Origin: Longimicrobiales bacterium
GTDB lineage: Bacteria; Gemmatimonadota; Gemmatimonadetes; Longimicrobiales; Gaopeijiaceae
DNA length: 64,000 nucleotides
Assembly (NCBI GenBank): GCA_965249725.1
Contig: CBDFMQ010000002.1
Location: forward strand, 2,368,001 to 2,432,000
Direction: 5' to 3'
Position 1 is the first letter of the stretch, and every line of letters begins with the position of its first letter. Under the pieces are notes generated by a model that worked only from the letters and a program-made list of their open reading frames with translations, was not told where the DNA came from and made no database searches. The position numbers and the translations under genes are program-made. Of this stretch, positions 10,325 through 20,386 are shown in pieces.

Positions 10325-11152
10325 TCAGTCCAGCATCCCCCGGGTGGGCGACGACGGAATGGCGATCTCCTTCGCCTCCATGCGACCGGCGAGATAGGCC
10401 AACCGGCCCGCCTGGATGCCCAGCCTCATGGCGTGGGCCATGGCGACCGGATTGTCGGCGGCAGCGATAGCCGTGTTCATCAGCACCCCGTCCACCCCCT
10501 GCTCCATCGTGACGCAGGCGTCGGAGGCTGTGCCCACGCCCGCATCGACAATAATGGGCACCTCGCATCGTCGCTTGATTTCCCTGATGAAGTAAGGGTT
10601 CACAACGCCCAAGCCGCTTCCGATGGGACTGGCCAGGGGCATGACCGCGACACATCCGACATCCTCGAGTCGAAGGGCGGTGATCACGTCGTCGTTGGTG
10701 TAGGCCATGATCTTGAAGCCCTCGTCCACCAGCGTCTTGGCCGCCTCCAGAGTGGCCTGCGTGTCGGGAAGAAGCGTCGTTTCATCCCCGATCACCTCCA
10801 GCTTCAGCCACTCGTTGAAGCCCGCCGCCCTCGCGAGCCGCGCGTAGCGCATGGCGTCCTCAGCCGTGTAGCACCCGGCGGTGTTGGGGAGCAGAAAGAA
10901 CTCGTCGGGATCGAGGTGGAAGAGGATGCCCTCTTCCTTGGTACGGTCCAGGTCCACCCTACGGACGGCGACCGTGACCATCGCCGTGCCCGAGGCCCGG
11001 ATCGCTTCGATCATGGTGTCGTTGTCCGAGTACTTACCGGTCCCCACGAACAGGCGGGAATCGAACTGCCGTCCCCCCATGTGTAGGGCGTCGGCGGTCC
11101 CTACCGCCTCCGCCTGGGCTTCCATATCGGTCGGTGTCATCTGTTCGCTCAT
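10325..11152 (-). CDS. thiG: thiazole synthase
   Basis: SRLFVGTGKY, LPNTAGC, WLKLEV, PIGSGLG, DAGVG. Confidence 0.97.
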   Translation of the reverse strand: MSEQMTPTDMEAQAEAVGTADALHMGGRQFDSRLFVGTGKYSDNDTMIEAIRASGTAMVTVAVRRVDLDRTKEEGILFHLDPDEFFLLPNTAGCYTAEDAMRYARLARAAGFNEWLKLEVIGDETTLLPDTQATLEAAKTLVDEGFKIMAYTNDDVITALRLEDVGCVAVMPLASPIGSGLGVVNPYFIREIKRRCEVPIIVDAGVGTASDACVTMEQGVDGVLMNTAIAAADNPVAMAHAMRLGIQAGRLAYLAGRMEAKEIAIPSSPTRGMLD

Positions 11153-11367
11153 CCTCCGCCCACGAAGTGTACCAGCTCGACCTGGTCTCCTTCCGAGACC
11201 TGGATGTCGCCGAAGCAGTCGCGACTGAGGATCTCCCTGTTCAGTTCCACGACGATCAGCTGGGGGTTGAGGTCCAGCGACTCGACGAGTTCACGCACGG
11301 AAAGGCCAGAACCGATCTCGCGGTCCTTTCCGTTGAGTCTCACGTTGATGGTCTGCCCTTCGCTCAT
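11149..11367 (-). CDS. thiS: sulfur carrier protein ThiS
   Basis: 72 aa ubiquitin-like, ends ELVHFVGGG, adjacent to thiG. Confidence 0.96.
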   Translation of the reverse strand: MSEGQTINVRLNGKDREIGSGLSVRELVESLDLNPQLIVVELNREILSRDCFGDIQVSEGDQVELVHFVGGG

Positions 11368-11409
11368 GATCTGTTCGCTGTAACGGTTTGATGCGTCTCG
11401 TTCGACTCA

Positions 11410-12024
11410 CTAGGCCAGGGCCTGAAGATAAGCCTGTACGGCGTCGCTTGAAGAGGGGGCGTGCCAGATTCCGCTGACCACGGCCGCACCGTAGCCGCCC
11501 GCGTCGAGAATCGGCGGCACCCGCTCCGGCGTCACACCCCCGATTCCCAGAACAGGCACCGAGACGGAGCCGACCACCTCGCGAATCAGATCAGGTCCAG
11601 CCGGCGTTTGGCCCGGGTGGGACGGGGTCTCCCAAAGAGTCCCCACGAACAGGAAGTCGGCCCCCTCTCGAACCGCCTCTACGGCTTCATCCACTCCGTG
11701 CACGGAGGCCCCGATGAGCCGCTCGGTCCCGAGGAGCCCGCGAGCCTCCGAAGGGGGCAACGAGCGGCGGCCGAGATGAGCCCCGTCCAGTCCCGAGCAG
11801 AGTGCTACGTCCACCCGATCGTTGACCAACAGTTTGGCTCCGGATGTAGCAGCGATTCCACGGAGCGCTCCCGCCAACTCGGAGAGGGACCGACCAGTCC
11901 CGCGGGGTCCACGGATGTGGAGAGCGACAGCCGCACCGACCTCCAGCACCTCCCGGGCCCGCACCAAGAAGTCCGCCTGGGTGAGCACTCCGTCGTCGGT
12001 CACGACGTGGAGCCGAGGGATCAC
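11410..12024 (-). CDS. thiE: thiamine phosphate synthase / TenI family protein
   Basis: VNDRVDVA, GAHLG, GASVH, IGGVTPE; some canonical ThiE residues are substituted. Confidence 0.75.
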   Translation of the reverse strand: MIPRLHVVTDDGVLTQADFLVRAREVLEVGAAVALHIRGPRGTGRSLSELAGALRGIAATSGAKLLVNDRVDVALCSGLDGAHLGRRSLPPSEARGLLGTERLIGASVHGVDEAVEAVREGADFLFVGTLWETPSHPGQTPAGPDLIREVVGSVSVPVLGIGGVTPERVPPILDAGGYGAAVVSGIWHAPSSSDAVQAYLQALA

Positions 12025-12956
12025 TCGAAGCGTTGGCCGGCGCTCGCTCCCCGGCCCAGCACCCAGTCGCCCGCCGTCATGCGATGCTTGCCCGCCGGTT
12101 GGACCTCGCCGATCTGGACCGCGCCGTCTCCGGTTGCCACCAGCAGACCGGTCGCCCGATCCGCCTCCACGATGGTCCCCGGTGACCCCTCCGGCGTGAT
12201 CTCGGGCGCCGCCTCCGGCCGGAAGAACTTTACAGGATCGCCGTCCAGTTCCGACCAGGCTCCCGGCACGGAGTCCATGCCGCGAATCAGATCAGCCACA
12301 TGAGTGCAGGACGCCGTCCAGTCGATGCGGGCAGTGGCTCGGTCCACCTTGGGCGCATAGGTCGCTTCCGACTCGTCCTGCTCGCGCTCCTCGATGACGC
12401 CGGCTCCCAGAAGGGCCAAAGCCTCGACCAGCGCCCCGGCACCCACCTCGGAGAGCCGTGTCGTGAGTTCCGACGCCGTTCCCCCCGGGTTGATGCGCTC
12501 CTCAGTCTGAAAGAGGATCGGCCCGGCATCCATCTTCTCGATCATGCGCATCACCGTCACACCCGTGACCTGGTGCCCGCGAGCGAGCGCCCAGTTGATC
12601 GGAGCCGCCCCTCGAAGGGCCGGGAGCAGCGAGGCGTGGAGGTTGACCGATCCCATCGAGGGGACGTCCAGCACATCGCGCGCGAGAATCTGGCCATAGG
12701 CGACCACGACCGAGAGATCGGCCCCAAAGGCCTTGATCTGCTCCAGGAATGCTTCCCCCTTGGGGGACTCGGGCTCGAGAAGGGGCATGCCCTCCTCGAG
12801 TGCCGTCTCCTTCACGGCCGAAGCCTTGAGCTGTCTTCCACGCCCGGCGGGTCGGTCGGGCTGAGTGACGACCGCCACGATGTCGTGTCCTTCATCGCTC
12901 AGGGCAAGCAACGATGGGACCGCGAAGGGGGGGGTGCCCCAAAAGAGGATTTTCAT
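12021..12956 (-). CDS. fmt: methionyl-tRNA formyltransferase
   Basis: GTPPFA, TQPDRPAGRG, NLHASLLP, RGAAPI, MDAGP. Confidence 0.97.
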   Translation of the reverse strand: MKILFWGTPPFAVPSLLALSDEGHDIVAVVTQPDRPAGRGRQLKASAVKETALEEGMPLLEPESPKGEAFLEQIKAFGADLSVVVAYGQILARDVLDVPSMGSVNLHASLLPALRGAAPINWALARGHQVTGVTVMRMIEKMDAGPILFQTEERINPGGTASELTTRLSEVGAGALVEALALLGAGVIEEREQDESEATYAPKVDRATARIDWTASCTHVADLIRGMDSVPGAWSELDGDPVKFFRPEAAPEITPEGSPGTIVEADRATGLLVATGDGAVQIGEVQPAGKHRMTAGDWVLGRGASAGQRFE

Positions 12957-12959
12957 GGA

Positions 12960-13472
12960 CTAGTCCTCCTCTTGGCTCTTCTTCCACTTCTTCAGAAGCA
13001 TCCTGCGCTTGAGTGGGCTCACGCGATCGATGAACAGGATCCCGTCCAGGTGATCGATCTCGTGCTGGAGAGCCCGGGCCAACAAGCCCTCGGCCTCGAC
13101 CTCGACCGGCTCTCCGTCCGGCGTGAACCCGGTCACGGTGACACATTCGGGTCGGCTGACCACCTCCTCGAGTCCGGGAATGCTCAGGCAACCCTCAGGG
13201 GCCTTGTCCGTCTTCTTGCCTGCGTCGGAGACCACCGGGTTGACCAGGGCGAGACGTCTCACTTCGGGGTGGTCTTCCTCACGGACATCGACGACGCAGA
13301 GTCTCAGGGACACACCGATCTGCGGGGCGGCCAGTCCGATACCTTCGGCGTGGTACATGGTCTCCCACATGTCGTCCACCAGCGAGCTGAGGTCGTCATC
13401 GAACTCGGCGATCTCCTCGCCGGGAGTACGCAGCACCTCGTCGCCCAGGAGGACGATGTCACGAATAGCCAA
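12960..13472 (-). CDS. def: peptide deformylase
   Basis: GIGLAAPQIG, EGCLS, QHEIDHLDG. Confidence 0.98.
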   Translation of the reverse strand: MAIRDIVLLGDEVLRTPGEEIAEFDDDLSSLVDDMWETMYHAEGIGLAAPQIGVSLRLCVVDVREEDHPEVRRLALVNPVVSDAGKKTDKAPEGCLSIPGLEEVVSRPECVTVTGFTPDGEPVEVEAEGLLARALQHEIDHLDGILFIDRVSPLKRRMLLKKWKKSQEED

Positions 13473-13481
13473 TAGCGGCCT

Positions 13482-13802
13482 CTACTCCCCCTGAGTGACC
13501 TTCCGGGAGATGCGGCTCCGCTCGATCGTGACCTTGGTCTCGCCGCCCGTCTTGATGACCAGGCGATCTTCCTCAGCCCGGATCACCGTGCCGATGATCC
13601 CGCCCGTCGTCACCACCTCGTCGCCTTTCCCGATGGCGGCGATCATCTCCTTTTGCTTCGCCTGCTCCTTCCGCTGAGGGCGGATGAGCAGGAAGTAGAA
13701 GATGAGGATCACGGCGGTCATGTTCAGGAAGAACACGAAGGTGCCGTCCGCCCCTTGTCGGGGAGCCATCAAAACTGCCAACGCCGCCTCTGACAAAACC
13801 AA
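13482..13802 (-). CDS. yajC: preprotein translocase subunit YajC
   Basis: IFYFLLIRPQRK, GDEVVTTGGIIG; follows tgt. Confidence 0.95.
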   Translation of the reverse strand: MVLSEAALAVLMAPRQGADGTFVFFLNMTAVILIFYFLLIRPQRKEQAKQKEMIAAIGKGDEVVTTGGIIGTVIRAEEDRLVIKTGGETKVTIERSRISRKVTQGE

Positions 13803-13869
13803 TCTCCGCTAAGGCTCGAGTGTGTGGCGATGCCCATACGGGGTCGCCAGGTCCGTCGACTTCATTCCG

Positions 13870-15048
<1,179 letters not shown>

Positions 15049-15158
15049 CTAGACGAGATAGTCTCGGGGGTGTGCACGGGTCCGTCCACCCCATGGCTCC
15101 GACGGTTGCTCTTCAACGCGTTCTTCAGCGGGGGGCGCCCTGCGGCCTAGGGATCGGT

Positions 15159-15214
15159 CCTGGCCCCTGGGGCGCGACGCCAGCTTCGGCGACGTCGCGC
15201 TCCAGGGAGCTAGG
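15159..15214 (+). other. long GC-rich hairpin with C(UUCG)G loop
   Basis: CCTGGC-CCCTGGGGCGCGACG-CCA-GC-TTCG-GC-GA-CGTCGCGCTCCAGGG-A-GCTAGG; two stem mismatches are G-U pairs only on the + strand. Confidence 0.6.
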
Positions 15215-15228
15215 AAGCGTGGGGTACG

Positions 15229-15729
15229 CTAGAAGCCGGCCGCATCTCCCCCGGTGTGCTCGTCCGGCGGTGGTGGTGGTGGTGGCGGTGGTGGCGCGCT
15301 TGCAGCGGCGGGCGCGGCCGAACCGCCCCCCATGCCGAGCACGACGCCGATGACCGCTCCAACGATGGCCGTCCCGATCATAGCGACGATCGGATCAACG
15401 AGAGAGGCGGTCAGGTTCGCGATGTTCGCCGTGCCGTACATCGTGAGGTTGATGCTGGCACCCATGATCAGCCCGACGATCCCGCCGGTCTTGAAGCCCG
15501 CACCGGCGGAGGCATCCCCCCTCCACCCCATCACCATGGTGAGGAAGCCGGCCCAAAGGAGCTGGCCCGCACCGAATGCCCAAAAGATGGGCACGTCTCT
15601 GTAGACACCGGTAGCTGATCCGAGGTTGCCTTCGTAGAAATCCGTCAGCAACAGGCCGTAGAAAACGTACCCCAAGACACCGGCAGTGACCCCGCCGGCC
15701 AGAGTGGCCATCAACTGCTTGGAAGCCAT
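15229..15729 (-). CDS. 4-TM membrane protein (DUF1761-like) with polyproline C-terminal tail
   Basis: ATG 15729 after AAGGAGGG; four hydrophobic helices; ten consecutive Pro near the C-terminus. Confidence 0.7.
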   Translation of the reverse strand: MASKQLMATLAGGVTAGVLGYVFYGLLLTDFYEGNLGSATGVYRDVPIFWAFGAGQLLWAGFLTMVMGWRGDASAGAGFKTGGIVGLIMGASINLTMYGTANIANLTASLVDPIVAMIGTAIVGAVIGVVLGMGGGSAAPAAASAPPPPPPPPPPDEHTGGDAAGF

Positions 15730-15867
15730 CTCTCCCTCCTTATCCAATAGGTTCGATTGTCCCGCCTCGACCCAGCCAGCCCCCTCGGCCACACCGGGCG
15801 AAAGGCACAGTGCGGACAATCTACGGGGGACCATCGGCATTTCCTAAGGAATTCCAGTCGAGCTACT

Positions 15868-16194
15868 TTAGAGGAGCACCCACCAGAGGATCTTGGACCC
15901 CACATGGACGCCCTGATCGGTGTGAAAGCCGATCCAGTCCTCACACTTGGCGTAGTCCGTGAGCCAGTGAAGCACGGTCTCGGCCAGACCGAGCCACCAG
16001 ACGCCGGTGATCAGCGCGACGAGCCCCCCGTGGATGAGGGAGTGGCTGGTGATCCAATAGAACCAGTGAGGAAAGTGCTCGGTATCGGGCGGTGGCGCCC
16101 GGTAACTGCGGCTCTTTCCTCGGGCCATAGCCTCCGATTGGAGCGCGAAGTCGGCCAGCGCGTGGCCGGCGATCAAGAGAAAAAGGGTCTGCAT
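15868..16194 (-). CDS. DUF3307 family protein
   Basis: GHALADFALQ, HSLIH, LHWLTDYAK, DQGVH His/Asp pattern. Confidence 0.8.
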   Translation of the reverse strand: MQTLFLLIAGHALADFALQSEAMARGKSRSYRAPPPDTEHFPHWFYWITSHSLIHGGLVALITGVWWLGLAETVLHWLTDYAKCEDWIGFHTDQGVHVGSKILWWVLL

Positions 16195-17406
16195 CTATCC
16201 GATAACGGTGATGGCCTCGAGAATCGGCAGGTACATTGCCACCACCATGCCACCCAACACCACCCCCACGATCACGACGAGTGCCGGTTCGAGCGCCTTC
16301 ACCAGTCCCTCGACCGTAACGTCCACCTCGGCCTCGTAGAAGCTGGCGACCTTCGCGAACATCGCGTCGAGCTGGCCGGTCTCTTCGCCCACGCGGACCA
16401 TCTGAGCGACTAGCCGCGGCAGCACGCGGGTGGAGGCGAGGGGGTCCGCGATTCCGAGGCCTGCGGCAACTCCTTGGTGACTCTTCATGATCGCCCGGGA
16501 GATGACGTCGTTACCCGCAGTTCTCGCCGAGACGCGAATCGCGTCCAGGATCGCGACGCCCGAGTAGAGAAGCGAAGCCATCGTACGCGTGAATCGAGCC
16601 ACCGAAGCCTTGCGTACCAGACCTCCGATGACCGGCAGTGCGAGCAAGACGCCGTCGAAGAGGATTCGGCCACGCTTGCTGTCGTGAATCTGCTGAAGAA
16701 CGAACACCGTCACGGAGGTTCCGAGGAGCAGCCATTTCCATTCTGCCTGGAGGAAGTCGGAAGAGTCGACCAGGATCTGGGTGGGGAGTGGAAGCGCGAC
16801 CCCTCCCACCGCGAACATGTCCACGAAGGCCGGCACGACCAGGGTCAGCATCGCGACGATCGCCCCCAACGCCACGAATACGATCAGGGCGGGATAGGCC
16901 AACGCCGCCCGCACCCGCTCCCTGAGCAGCTGGCTCTTCTCGAGGTACTCCGCCAACCGCTCGAACGTCGTATCCAGATGCCCCCCTTCCTCACCGGCCT
17001 CCACCATGTAGATGAAGAGCGGTTGGAAAACCTTGGGGTGCAGTCTCATGGCATCGGCCAGCGTCGCGCCGGCCTGAACGGCCCGACTGATGGATTGGGT
17101 CGCCTTACGGAGCGGCACGTCGTCGGTAATCCCGTCGAGAATGTCGAGCGCCAGCACGAGTGGAATCCCAGAGTCCACCAGAGTCGAGAACTGGCGCGTG
17201 TACATCGCCAGTGCCCGATGGCTCGGGGTACGGCGCAGTTGGAAGCTCCGGTCCTTGGGAGCGGGTCTCACGACGTCGGGAATCAGGTTCCGGGCGGCCA
17301 ATACGCGTTTGACTTCGTCAGACGTCGCCGCCTGCATGGTGCCGGTCTTGATCTCACCGTCCCTCGTGTGCGCTCGAAACCTCCAACCATGGTGCTGTGT
17401 CGTCAT
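16195..17406 (-). CDS. pilC: type IV pilus / T2SS-F platform protein
   Basis: RQFSTLVDSGIPL, EAGEEGGHLD, ALAYP, VGEETGQLD, LEP...AMYLPI. Confidence 0.93.
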   Translation of the reverse strand: MTTQHHGWRFRAHTRDGEIKTGTMQAATSDEVKRVLAARNLIPDVVRPAPKDRSFQLRRTPSHRALAMYTRQFSTLVDSGIPLVLALDILDGITDDVPLRKATQSISRAVQAGATLADAMRLHPKVFQPLFIYMVEAGEEGGHLDTTFERLAEYLEKSQLLRERVRAALAYPALIVFVALGAIVAMLTLVVPAFVDMFAVGGVALPLPTQILVDSSDFLQAEWKWLLLGTSVTVFVLQQIHDSKRGRILFDGVLLALPVIGGLVRKASVARFTRTMASLLYSGVAILDAIRVSARTAGNDVISRAIMKSHQGVAAGLGIADPLASTRVLPRLVAQMVRVGEETGQLDAMFAKVASFYEAEVDVTVEGLVKALEPALVVIVGVVLGGMVVAMYLPILEAITVIG

Positions 17407-17421
17407 CGCCGCTCCGCTCGC

Positions 17422-18612
17422 TCAATCAAGGGTCTCGAACCAACTCCGTCCGGGTAAGGGCGTGACCGACGACAGACCTGTCATCGCACGCTGAACCGCA
17501 CAGCTGCTGTACTGGATCCTGCTTCCGCTCTGAACGCGGGACGTCCCCGTGCCACCCGACCTGTTCCGCACCATCACGCCGCCTTGGATTTCGCTGCCGC
17601 GTCCTTGGTGCCGCAATTGGCCCTGGGCGATCACGATGCCGTAGTAGTCGAAGTTGCCACGGATGGTGAGGTTGCCGCCGACGAGGAGAATGCCCTGCCC
17701 GACCCCACTGCCCGTGATGGTCAGATTCCCGGTCACGTGAACGACAGGCAAATGACCCCAACAAGGGTTGGCGGGATTAGCAGGATCACCCCAGTTCGTG
17801 TTGACCGAGGTGTCGCACTGCGCGACCGAGGTCCGGGGTCCGATGTTGTTACCGAACGATCGGTTCCCGGTAAACGTGATGTTGGCGATGCTGGTGAGCT
17901 GGGCGTACGTGTACCCTCCGAAGTCCGTGAACGTCGCGTTCGAGATCGTACCGTCCTGGGTGGATGGCGGCGCACCCGCGAGATCGCCGAAACGGAGGAT
18001 GCGGAGCTGGGCGAGAGATCTGATATAGACTCCGTCCACATCGACCGGCGGCGCGAGACACTCGCCGAACCAGGCCGCCGGGGTACGATCGGTTCCGTCC
18101 ACCTCGGGAAGGACCGGATCATTCGCGCGACGCCCCCGCACGTCGAAGCGGCCTTGAATGAGCACCGCCCCTTCGCAGCAAATGCTCCCCCCCGCGCTGG
18201 CCTGTACGACCGTGACGACATCCCGGCGGGCGGTGCTCTGGGCACTGGGCCGCCCCGTCGATCGCAGTTGGTACAACCCGACGCTGCCGCTTGAGGCATC
18301 GTCGACCCGGCGTATGACCGTGCGGTACGACGACCCGTCGGGCAGAGATTGCCACCCCAGGTCGAGGCTGTCCCCCGGGAGCAGCGCGCCTACAGGAAGG
18401 CTCTCCCAATTGGCCACGGTCTTGGCGGCCCCGGCATCGCCGGCGTATAGGGCTTTCACCGAGCGCCGGACGGCGATGCTCGCAGCCAGGTTCGTCCGCG
18501 CGACGTACATGCCCGCCATGCCCATCATCGACATGATGACCAGGGCGATGATCGCTAGCGGGATCATGAACCCGCCGCGCTCGACGGAGGGATGGGCGAT
18601 CGGGTCGGACAT
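17422..18612 (-). CDS. PilX-like minor pilin with large C-terminal beta-solenoid-like domain
   Basis: Leader RGG|FMIPL (no Glu5, typical of PilX), ALYAGDAG motif, C-terminal GNLTI repeats. Confidence 0.75.
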   Translation of the reverse strand: MSDPIAHPSVERGGFMIPLAIIALVIMSMMGMAGMYVARTNLAASIAVRRSVKALYAGDAGAAKTVANWESLPVGALLPGDSLDLGWQSLPDGSSYRTVIRRVDDASSGSVGLYQLRSTGRPSAQSTARRDVVTVVQASAGGSICCEGAVLIQGRFDVRGRRANDPVLPEVDGTDRTPAAWFGECLAPPVDVDGVYIRSLAQLRILRFGDLAGAPPSTQDGTISNATFTDFGGYTYAQLTSIANITFTGNRSFGNNIGPRTSVAQCDTSVNTNWGDPANPANPCWGHLPVVHVTGNLTITGSGVGQGILLVGGNLTIRGNFDYYGIVIAQGQLRHQGRGSEIQGGVMVRNRSGGTGTSRVQSGSRIQYSSCAVQRAMTGLSSVTPLPGRSWFETLD

Positions 18613-19412
18613 CAGTTCCTCACACCGGTGCTCAACACCAGAGTGTCCCGACGGAAGGGGTCGACTCCCCGGCGCCCTTCATCGGCGTCGAGCACCGCCG
18701 TCACGCGCACCCGCGCTGCCGACGCAGGCGTACCGGTCACTTGGCCGACACTGTCGATAAGCTCGACGACGAGTCCGGAGCCGTCGCTGGCAAAGGGTCC
18801 GGTCAGAATCTCCGTACTGCGCGAGTCGCTGCGGGCCAACCATGGAGCACCGTCGACGGTCTGGAGGTGGTACGTGAAGGAGTGGAACGCCCGCACCGTC
18901 GCACCGGCGGGAACCCCGTCCACTCGGGCGAACGTCCTCACGACAACGTCCGGCGCGACTCCGCCTCCATACGGGCACGTCAACCTCGGCCCCCGCGGGT
19001 TCACCCGCCGGACCCGAGTGACGATCCAGCCCGACGGGTGATAGACGAGAAGGCTATCACCGGTGGTCCGGTCCACCCGTCCGCTCGTTCCGGTGAGGGC
19101 GAGCCAGCGGCGTCCGGTGTGAGTGGTGCAGGCTATGCCCAGCCCAACGGGAGACCTCACGCGAAAACTGTCGGATGAGAAGACCGTCACGTCACCGGCC
19201 CCGAGCACGGCCTCGCGGAGATCGTAGGCCAGGATCGCGGCGGTCGTCCGCACGGCATCCTGCCGTTCCATCTGCGAGCGGACCTGTCGGTAGAATCGCT
19301 GCTGTGAGAGGATGGCTCGCTGTAGCGACACCGCCACCAAGGACCCGAGCACCAACACGATCATGAACTCCACGACAGTGAAGCCGAGTCGAGGGCCGCG
19401 TGCGGGTCTCAC
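18612..19412 (-). CDS. PilW-like minor pilin
   Basis: GTG 19412 overlapping the upstream TGA; G|FTVVE prepilin motif; DLREA motif. Confidence 0.8.
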   Translation of the reverse strand: MRPARGPRLGFTVVEFMIVLVLGSLVAVSLQRAILSQQRFYRQVRSQMERQDAVRTTAAILAYDLREAVLGAGDVTVFSSDSFRVRSPVGLGIACTTHTGRRWLALTGTSGRVDRTTGDSLLVYHPSGWIVTRVRRVNPRGPRLTCPYGGGVAPDVVVRTFARVDGVPAGATVRAFHSFTYHLQTVDGAPWLARSDSRSTEILTGPFASDGSGLVVELIDSVGQVTGTPASAARVRVTAVLDADEGRRGVDPFRRDTLVLSTGVRN

Positions 19413-19807
19413 AGCCTGAGCCGATACGCCGAAATGGTATCCCAAAGGACGACGCCGGTGCCCGACCGGAACTCCGTGATGAGCAGGATCTCCTTGAACG
19501 AGACACTGTCGGCCTCCGTCCAGGTCGCCACCCCGTAGGGAAGGTTCCGCGACCCCGTGGAGAGGGAGTCGTAGGGGAGCGTGAGCAGACGCTCGATCTC
19601 TCCTTGAAGGAGGCTTCCGGCTCGCATCTCCATGCCGGAGCGCCGGACCGTGGTCGACACGTACTGGCTCGCCCCGACCAGAGATATCGCCACGACGGTC
19701 AGCAGTACCATCGCCACCAAGAGTTCCACCATCATGAAGCCTGCGCGGCCGCCTCGGTGGCGGCCGGGGCCCCGGGGCTCCTCGACGGCACGCGTCCTAT
19801 CGGGCAT
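19409..19807 (-). CDS. PilV-like minor pilin
   Basis: RAG|FMMVELLVAMVLL prepilin motif, 132 aa. Confidence 0.8.
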   Translation of the reverse strand: MPDRTRAVEEPRGPGRHRGGRAGFMMVELLVAMVLLTVVAISLVGASQYVSTTVRRSGMEMRAGSLLQGEIERLLTLPYDSLSTGSRNLPYGVATWTEADSVSFKEILLITEFRSGTGVVLWDTISAYRLRL

Positions 19808-20342
19808 GACGCACTCTTCCCACCGAGCTCACCACCACCGTGTCGACTCGCGAGGAATGGACCAGCTCGATGCGCGCGCCCGGAACGGGGCAGGTAGACG
19901 TGCTGACACCGAGTCCCCGGCCATCGAAGCAGATGCGGTCATTGTCGCTCCGAATCGAAATCCCCAGCTCCTCTCCGAGGTCGACCCTGCCCTTGGTGAT
20001 CAGCCCGGACCGGTCGAGCGCTCGCGAAGTATCGACCTCGACCCAGAGAATCACGTTCGCGGTGTCGACCCGGAACGCAGCGACGCGTCCGTATCCCACC
20101 GCGGTGGCCCGGGCCAACGACAAGGTCGCGGTGACCGCGTGCCTGGCGTTCTGAATGGCGCCGTCTCGTCGAACACGAGTGAAGGACGGAAACGCGAACG
20201 CGGCCATCAACGACAGTAGAGCCAGCGCCCCGACGAGCTCGAGGAACGAGAATCCACGGGGGCGACCCCCCCTCGCAAATGAGGCATACCCCTACAGGTA
20301 GCGGTACGCGCCACGGGGGGGGCGATCTGTCGTAGTGTCCAT
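19797..20342 (-). pseudogene. FimT/FimU (GspH-like) minor pilin with interrupted leader
   Basis: RG|FSFLELVGALALL motif, ARATAV, ICFDGRG. No in-frame start between TAG (20292-20294) and the cleavage motif; in-frame ATG at 20342 lies upstream of the TAG. Confidence 0.6.
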
Positions 20343-20386
20343 CTCGCTCGAAGTCTACTCCTGAGCTCCCGAGGGAGCAACGGAAT

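Noticed and set aside
10302..10655. Long N-terminal extensions in the ORF track for rsmB (also ompA, tetR, PQQ dehydrogenase, PHP hydrolase, sulfatase, ABC ATPase)
   Set aside because: They overlap neighbouring genes or promoters; internal starts fit family N-termini and SD or promoter signals better
20292..20294. Amber recoding (pyrrolysine or alternative code) of the TAG in the pilin leader
   Set aside because: TAG is the normal stop for many genes here (queA, def, ruvB) and no pyl genes are visible
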